Translations under genes and position numbers: made by a program
Assembly (NCBI GenBank): GCA_964616075.1
Contig: CAZTRA010000001.1
Coordinates: 49,599-113,598, forward strand
Reading direction: 5' to 3'
Length of the DNA stretch: 64,000 nucleotides
DNA from: an uncultured Candidatus Saccharibacteria bacterium
GTDB lineage: Bacteria; Patescibacteriota; Minisyncoccia; Phycocordibacterales; DSPV01
The notes under the pieces: model-generated
The model's database searches: none
Told to the model about the DNA's origin: nothing
What the model saw: only the letters and a program-made list of their open reading frames with translations
In this document: positions 58,833 to 64,000 of the stretch, piece after piece
Layout of the letters: each line of letters begins with the position of its first letter
Position numbering within the stretch: the first letter of the stretch is position 1

Positions 58833-59624
58833 CTACACTTCTTTTGATTCCTTTTTATGCTGCGCAAACCCCGTAAATGCTTTCATCACCTCAAGCGGCA
58901 CGGTAAAAACAACCGTATTTGATTCATCTGATGAAATATCATTAATTGATTGCAATGTACGTAAATGCAACGCACCCTCAGATGCAGCCAGAATCTTCGC
59001 AGCTTCTGAAATATTCTGTGCAGCCCCAAGTTCACCCTCAGAGTTGATAATCACCGCGCGCTTCTCGCGCTCAGCCTCAGCCTGCTTTGCAATCGTACGT
59101 TCCATGGTTTCTGGTAACGAAACATCTTTAAGTTCAACATTGTTAACTTTGATACCCCAGGGATCAGTCTCCTTATCCACAATGTCACGAATACGATCAG
59201 CGATCTTATCACGGCTACCAAGTAAATCATCAAGCGTCACCTCACCGACAATATTACGCATCGTTGTTTGTGCGTACTGAGAAATCGCGTACTGAAAATT
59301 TTCAACCTCAAGCACTGCCTTATCCGCAGCTGATACGCGATAGTAAATAACAGCATTTACTGTGACGGGCACATTATCTTTAGTAATCGCCCGCTGATCT
59401 GGTACATCTACTGCCTTAATACGCATATCTACTTTCATATACGACTGAATGATAGGCACCACCAGTCGCCATCCAGGATTCATGATGGCGGTAAATCGCC
59501 CAAACGTAAAACGCACACCACGCTCGTACTGATTAATTTGTCGAATACTCACCACCAAGATAACTGTCACAATCGTCACCAAAGGAAGCATTGCATCACT
59601 GATACCCATAACTAGAAAGGTCAT
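58833..59624 (-). CDS. SPFH/band-7 (stomatin/prohibitin-like) membrane protein
   Basis: N-terminal TM then ERGVRFTFGRF...VPVTVNAVIYYRV SPFH core and a C-terminal coiled-coil. Confidence 0.8.
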   Translation of the reverse strand: MTFLVMGISDAMLPLVTIVTVILVVSIRQINQYERGVRFTFGRFTAIMNPGWRLVVPIIQSYMKVDMRIKAVDVPDQRAITKDNVPVTVNAVIYYRVSAADKAVLEVENFQYAISQYAQTTMRNIVGEVTLDDLLGSRDKIADRIRDIVDKETDPWGIKVNNVELKDVSLPETMERTIAKQAEAEREKRAVIINSEGELGAAQNISEAAKILAASEGALHLRTLQSINDISSDESNTVVFTVPLEVMKAFTGFAQHKKESKEV

Positions 59625-59732
59625 TGAATAATACTGCTAGTGTATCAACACTACACCATGATGCAATGCGTCACCGCACCCACGCACTACACACACCTCT
59701 GTACACGACCAAAAGTGATATACTATACACAC

Positions 59733-60701
59733 ATGGAAAACAAACCAAAGACAACGCCTAGGGACTTCTTTTTACACCTTGGTGCTATCGCCGCCCTCTA
59801 TGTGAGCGCCGCGAGTTTTATCGGACTTATCTTTCAACTTATCAACCGTCTCTTCCCGGACCCGACGACCTACTATTATGACTATGGAAATTACTATTCT
59901 TCGGGTATCCGTCTTGCGATTGCTGCACTCATCATCGCGGTCCCACTCTACCTCTACCTAACTCGCATGATTAATAGAGACATGGCAGCACGGCCAGAAC
60001 ATGCTGAGCTATCAGTTCGTAAGTGGCTCACCTACCTCACACTCTTTGCTGCCGGACTTACTGTCGCGATTGACCTTATCGTGGTTATCAACTCATTTCT
60101 AGCAGGCGAACTCACCCTACGTTTTATTCTAAAAATTATTACTGTCCTCGCGGTAGCAGCAGCCATATTCTCTTATTACCATTTTGATTTGAGGCGCGAT
60201 AAAACCATACTCCAACCACGACTCAGGATTATTGCCTGGGCTACCATCGCTGTGGTAGCACTCTCAATCATCGGCAGCTTCTTGGTGATTGGGTCACCAC
60301 TCAACGCTCGCAACGCAAAGCTCGACGACAATCGTATCTCTGATCTCCAAAACATCCAATGGCAGATTGTTGAATTTTGGCAAAAAAAAGAAAAGCTCCC
60401 AGCAACTCTAGACGAGCTTAATGACCCTATTTCGGGTTACGTAACACCGAAAGACCCGGCCAATGAAGCGGCCTATGAGTACAAAACAACGGGTCCGCGT
60501 TCATTTGAACTATGTGCTACCTTTTCTTCCAAAACAAAAACAGATAATAAAACATTCCCAATAAACGCTGACCCCTATACGAAAAGTAATGAAAACTGGA
60601 TACACGAAGAAGGCCGTTACTGCTTCGCACGTACTATTGATCCTGAACGTTATCCTCCGTACAAAACCACCGAGTCACCAAACACACGGCCAATCTTTTA
60701 G
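59733..60701 (+). CDS. hypothetical polytopic membrane protein with C-terminal pseudopilin (GspG/type IV pilin-like) motif (start taken at MENKPK)
   Basis: 5 TM helices; C-terminus LPATLDELNDPISGYVTPKDPANEAAYEYKTTGPRSFELCATF resembles the GspG C-terminal pattern. Confidence 0.4.
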   Translation: MENKPKTTPRDFFLHLGAIAALYVSAASFIGLIFQLINRLFPDPTTYYYDYGNYYSSGIRLAIAALIIAVPLYLYLTRMINRDMAARPEHAELSVRKWLTYLTLFAAGLTVAIDLIVVINSFLAGELTLRFILKIITVLAVAAAIFSYYHFDLRRDKTILQPRLRIIAWATIAVVALSIIGSFLVIGSPLNARNAKLDDNRISDLQNIQWQIVEFWQKKEKLPATLDELNDPISGYVTPKDPANEAAYEYKTTGPRSFELCATFSSKTKTDNKTFPINADPYTKSNENWIHEEGRYCFARTIDPERYPPYKTTESPNTRPIF

Positions 60702-60812
60702 TCTGCCAAAATCATACGTGCGCATGGATACAAAGATGCATATCAAAATCACAAACTAGGCAAAGCAAAAGCGGACATGTGTATGTCCGCTTTTCTAAAC
60801 CTTAATAAACCT

Positions 60813-61337
60813 TTACACGATCCCTTGAAACATTTTTGCCGCAATAATACCAACCATGAGTGCCACGCCACCTACCGCTACCATACGCAAAGCACTCTTC
60901 AATACACTTACATTAGACAATCGGGCATTTCCTGCACCAAGCAAAAATAACCCACAAAAAGATATACCGATTGACGCCCAAAACGCTTGCGCGACCGAAA
61001 ACAGTAGATACGGCACAAGCACCAAAAAACCAGCAATAAAATAGGCAAGGAACATCACTATACTATTTAGCAACGGCCCACTCACGTGAACACCATGAGG
61101 TTTTTCATAATCTTCAGCAGATGATTCAGAAAGAAATTCACCAGCCCCCATTGAAAACGCCTCAACAAAAATAAGGACTACACCAGACAGAATCACCGCA
61201 TTCCGAGGCATATCACCTATCGCGACACCTGAAAGTAATCCCACTGTTGAAACTATACTGTCTTCAACACCAAACACAAATGCTCGTATCAATGAAGCTC
61301 TAACGCTGCGAGACCATTTTAAAAAAGACATAGACAC
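60813..61337 (-). CDS. VIT1/CCC1-family (iron/manganese transporter-like) membrane protein
   Basis: GVEDSIVSTVGLLSGVAIG ... AFSMGAGEFLSESSAEDYEK. Confidence 0.55.
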   Translation of the reverse strand: MSMSFLKWSRSVRASLIRAFVFGVEDSIVSTVGLLSGVAIGDMPRNAVILSGVVLIFVEAFSMGAGEFLSESSAEDYEKPHGVHVSGPLLNSIVMFLAYFIAGFLVLVPYLLFSVAQAFWASIGISFCGLFLLGAGNARLSNVSVLKSALRMVAVGGVALMVGIIAAKMFQGIV

Positions 61338-61413
61338 CCTGTAGTATACAACTACCCATCCATACCGTTATACACAAAAAATCTAGGTTTTCTTAATAAA
61401 CATGAGATGTTGT

Positions 61414-61998
61414 TCAAGCGACATTATTTTTCTGTCGTCGAGACTCTTTGTATCGAAAAAACATAGTACCCAGATAGCCAGTACAAAAACCAATGAGTGC
61501 CCCACCTACAATATCAGTCGGATAATGTACCCCGGCTATCACGCGTGCGATACCAACCATCACAGAAAAAAACGCGAGAATTGCAGCAGCATTCCGATTA
61601 AAACGATACGCTGCTCCCACAAGTGCAAACAGTACAACCGCATGACCTGATGGAAACGACCATGCCGGAACTGTAAACAAATAGGGCGTATCGAGTGTTA
61701 CATACGGACGCGCACGCTCAAACGCGCCTTGCAAAACAAATACCACCGCACGCGCCAACACCACAGCCACACATGCAATCTTTAACGCCTCCACTTCTGC
61801 CAAACCAAGATTCAATACCTCAAGCCCGTTTGTTTTCCTATAGAGTGAAACGCCTACCACCACCAAAAAAAGAAGACCGATGAGTACTGGCAAGGCTGAA
61901 GCAGTAAACACAATAAAGTTATCACCAAAAAACGAACGCCCGACAAAGCCGTTCAGATAAGAAAAAATGACAACGTCCAATGCGTACAACACACTCAC
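61414..61998 (-). CDS. PAP2-family phosphatase (undecaprenyl-diphosphatase/phosphatidic acid phosphatase-like)
   Basis: KIACVAVVLARAVVF...R, SFPSGHA and GVHYPTDIVGGA, the three PAP2 motifs. Confidence 0.75.
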   Translation of the reverse strand: MSVLYALDVVIFSYLNGFVGRSFFGDNFIVFTASALPVLIGLLFLVVVGVSLYRKTNGLEVLNLGLAEVEALKIACVAVVLARAVVFVLQGAFERARPYVTLDTPYLFTVPAWSFPSGHAVVLFALVGAAYRFNRNAAAILAFFSVMVGIARVIAGVHYPTDIVGGALIGFCTGYLGTMFFRYKESRRQKNNVA

Positions 61999-62019
61999 TA
62001 GTATACCCGAAATAAAAAA

Positions 62020-62880
62020 TTACAAATGCAATTTACGTAAGTAGGCTCGAAATGCAGGGCCCGTCTCAGGATGAGCTAGCCCATGCGCAACCGTCGCCTC
62101 AAGCAATCCAAGCTTACTTCCGCAATCAAATCGTGTCCCCTCAAATTCGTACGCATACACCTCTCCCCCCTTCCGTACATACGCATCAAACGCATTCGCC
62201 AAACGAATCTCTCCTTTTACTTTCACATGTCGCAGTGTCTCCATTATTTCTGGAGTAACGATATACTTACCTACCGCCGCTAATCGTGATGATGTACGCT
62301 CAGGGGCGGGCTTCTCTATAAATGACGTGACTTTAGTGATCCGTGCCGCAACTTTTTTCCCTGCCATAATACCGTATTGCGACACATCTTTTTTGGGAAC
62401 CGGCCACGCGGCAATCACAGGAGCACGATACTGTTCGTACACATCCATCAGCTGTCGCAGACAAGGTATTTTTGATACAACCAAATCATCACCAAACATG
62501 ATCGCACACGGCTCATCGCCAATAAGATGAGCTGCTGAAAGAATTGCATCACCATCACCCCGCGGCTCTTTCTGTCGCACATACGAGAACTTTGCGGCAT
62601 CACTGATCGCGCGCACCTTGGCGACCTCATCATGCTTACCCTTCGCACGCAGCGCCGCCTCAAGCTCAGGGGCATAATCAAAATGGTCTTCAAGCGCACG
62701 CTTATTCTTGCCAGTAATGAAAATAATCTCCTCGATACCAGATGCAACCGCCTCCTCCACGAGAAGCTGTACTACCGGTTTATCAACGACAGGCAACATT
62801 TCCTTCGGCTGTGCCTTCACGGCCGGCAAGAAACGAGTACCAAGTCCTGCAACCGGAAATAATGCCTTTCGTATGCGCAT
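62020..62880 (-). CDS. galU: UTP--glucose-1-phosphate uridylyltransferase
   Basis: RKALFPVAGLGTRFLPAVKAQPKEMLPVVDKPVVQ. Confidence 0.85.
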   Translation of the reverse strand: MRIRKALFPVAGLGTRFLPAVKAQPKEMLPVVDKPVVQLLVEEAVASGIEEIIFITGKNKRALEDHFDYAPELEAALRAKGKHDEVAKVRAISDAAKFSYVRQKEPRGDGDAILSAAHLIGDEPCAIMFGDDLVVSKIPCLRQLMDVYEQYRAPVIAAWPVPKKDVSQYGIMAGKKVAARITKVTSFIEKPAPERTSSRLAAVGKYIVTPEIMETLRHVKVKGEIRLANAFDAYVRKGGEVYAYEFEGTRFDCGSKLGLLEATVAHGLAHPETGPAFRAYLRKLHL

Positions 62881-62886
62881 TGAAAA

Positions 62887-63186
62887 TTATTTTACAACAG
62901 CGGACTTCTTGTCTTCTTTTGGAGCCTTCGGATATGCGCCGTGAGTTGCTGCGGGAGCAGTCATTTTGCGTTCCTTCTTTTCGGGAGCCTTTACTACCCC
63001 CAACGGATAAAGAAAATCAAAACGCGACATATGAGAACTGACAACCATCGCTCGTGCCACAATCTTTTCTTTTTCCTGTTCTGACGCAGCTACCTTATAC
63101 GAGGCACGTAATTTTGCTAATTTAGCACGCGTACGATGACCTTTTTTAATATTTGACGCACGTTTCGTGTCACTCACTTTACTCAT
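62887..63186 (-). CDS. hypothetical small Lys-rich basic protein (start taken at MSKVSD)
   Basis: ORF only. Confidence 0.3.
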   Translation of the reverse strand: MSKVSDTKRASNIKKGHRTRAKLAKLRASYKVAASEQEKEKIVARAMVVSSHMSRFDFLYPLGVVKAPEKKERKMTAPAATHGAYPKAPKEDKKSAVVK

Positions 63187-63381
63187 AGAAATATTGCAAT
63201 TAATTGATAGCGCTATTCTATCCTGATCACAAAAAAAAGGATATTGACCATATACAGAAATAGTCGTCAAAAAGGTTTAACGTAGCCGCGATATTTCTAC
63301 CTATACATACATAAAAATAACCTTATGCTAGATGCTTCTTTTTTCTTATTCTTCTTATTTTGTGCTATCGTGTGAACGCGA

Positions 63382-63452
63382 CGGGCTGTAGTATAGTGGT
63401 AGTATATGCCCATGGGGTGGGTAAGGTCCGGGTTCGATTCCCGGCAGCCCGA
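63382..63452 (+). tRNA. tRNA-Pro (anticodon GGG), CCA not encoded
   Basis: manual cloverleaf: acceptor CGGGCTG/CAGCCCG, D-arm GTAT..GTAT, anticodon stem TGCCC/GGGTA with loop ATGGGGT, T-arm CCGGG TTCGATT CCCGG. Confidence 0.75.
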
Positions 63453-63506
63453 CATGTCGTCGCTTCCTCCTAAAGGATAAAACTATCTGTTTCCTTCACG
63501 GCGTTT

Positions 63507-64000
63507 TTAATCATGCCTGTATAAAAACTTGTCCTGACCATTGAGATACCCTGTACCCAGGGTAAACACGAGGAGCCCACACAATACCACCAGTGCCGCA
63601 GACAAGAGCGCGACCGACGGTCCAACAAACTGCCACACAAACCCTCCCGCAATACCGGCAAGCATTGCCCCTACTCCAATAGCTGCATTAAAATATCCAA
63701 ATGCTGCTCCTCGATGATCAGGGTCGGTATGTATTGCGGTGTAGGCACGCTGCACACCACCTGTGAGTGCTGCAAAAAATCCAAGAACCAAAAAACCAAA
63801 AAATACAGCGGACGGCGTTTCCACAACACCGATAATAAGGTATGCAATCAACAAAATAATATATCCCGCCACAATCACCTTTTCTGGTCCAATTCGATCA
63901 GCCACCTTCCCTGCCGGCATACTCAATAATGCGTAAGAAAGATTATATACGGTATAGACGAGCGGAATAAACGCAATGGACATGCCAGTTGCAGGTACCG
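63507..64000 (-). CDS. MFS transporter, C-terminal part (gene continues beyond the window end)
   Basis: six TM helices with an MFS-like loop PAGKVADRIGPEK. Confidence 0.55.
   Translation of the reverse strand, partial: VPATGMSIAFIPLVYTVYNLSYALLSMPAGKVADRIGPEKVIVAGYIILLIAYLIIGVVETPSAVFFGFLVLGFFAALTGGVQRAYTAIHTDPDHRGAAFGYFNAAIGVGAMLAGIAGGFVWQFVGPSVALLSAALVVLCGLLVFTLGTGYLNGQDKFLYRHD

Noticed and set aside
58112-58876. plus-strand ORFs overlapping DedA and SPFH genes
   Set aside because: Antisense to genes with clear family signatures.

Overview
The window is a 64 kb bacterial chromosomal segment, mostly compact minus-strand housekeeping operons, with one tRNA-linked accessory island that carries a non-canonical restriction-like defence operon.

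Background GC looks moderate to low by eye. Short gene products and weak Shine-Dalgarno sites suggest a reduced genome, possibly Patescibacteria/CPR-like; this is inference only.

Core content:
- Ribosomal proteins L27, L9 and L21.
- cysS, dnaB, recR and rmuC.
- A dcw block: mraZ-rsmH-ftsL-ftsI-murF.
- lysS and greA.
- A rod-shape block mreB-mreC-mreD-mrdA, plus a second mreB paralog elsewhere.
- proS, rseP, frr, holB-like, a TrmH-family methyltransferase and murA.
- A PriA-like protein that lacks the helicase ATPase motifs.
- def-fmt, a cyclophilin, hpf, ndh and an FAD oxidoreductase.
- Three tRNAs: Glu-CUC, Asn-GUU and Pro-GGG.

Accessory content is concentrated at about 45-58 kb:
- A heterogeneous cluster of hypothetical and membrane genes, a PhnB/VOC-family gene with a decayed duplicate, and an AT-rich HExxH gene.
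- A roughly 8 kb AT-richer island next to tRNA-Asn. It is bounded by about 70-bp imperfect direct repeats that lie in recombinase-like 3' fragments.
- The island carries a tightly packed four-gene operon: an excisionase-family HTH, a Type III-like N6-adenine Mod methyltransferase (DPPY), a Type III-like Res helicase-endonuclease (PD..ExK), and a 938-aa protein fusing an N-terminal PHP phosphoesterase domain to an SbcC/Rad50-like coiled-coil ABC ATPase. This is the strongest candidate for an undescribed defence module.

A roughly 0.9 kb gene of about 60 % GC with its own RBS and terminator sits near 2 kb in this otherwise lower-GC context. It is either recent horizontal transfer or an assembly artefact.
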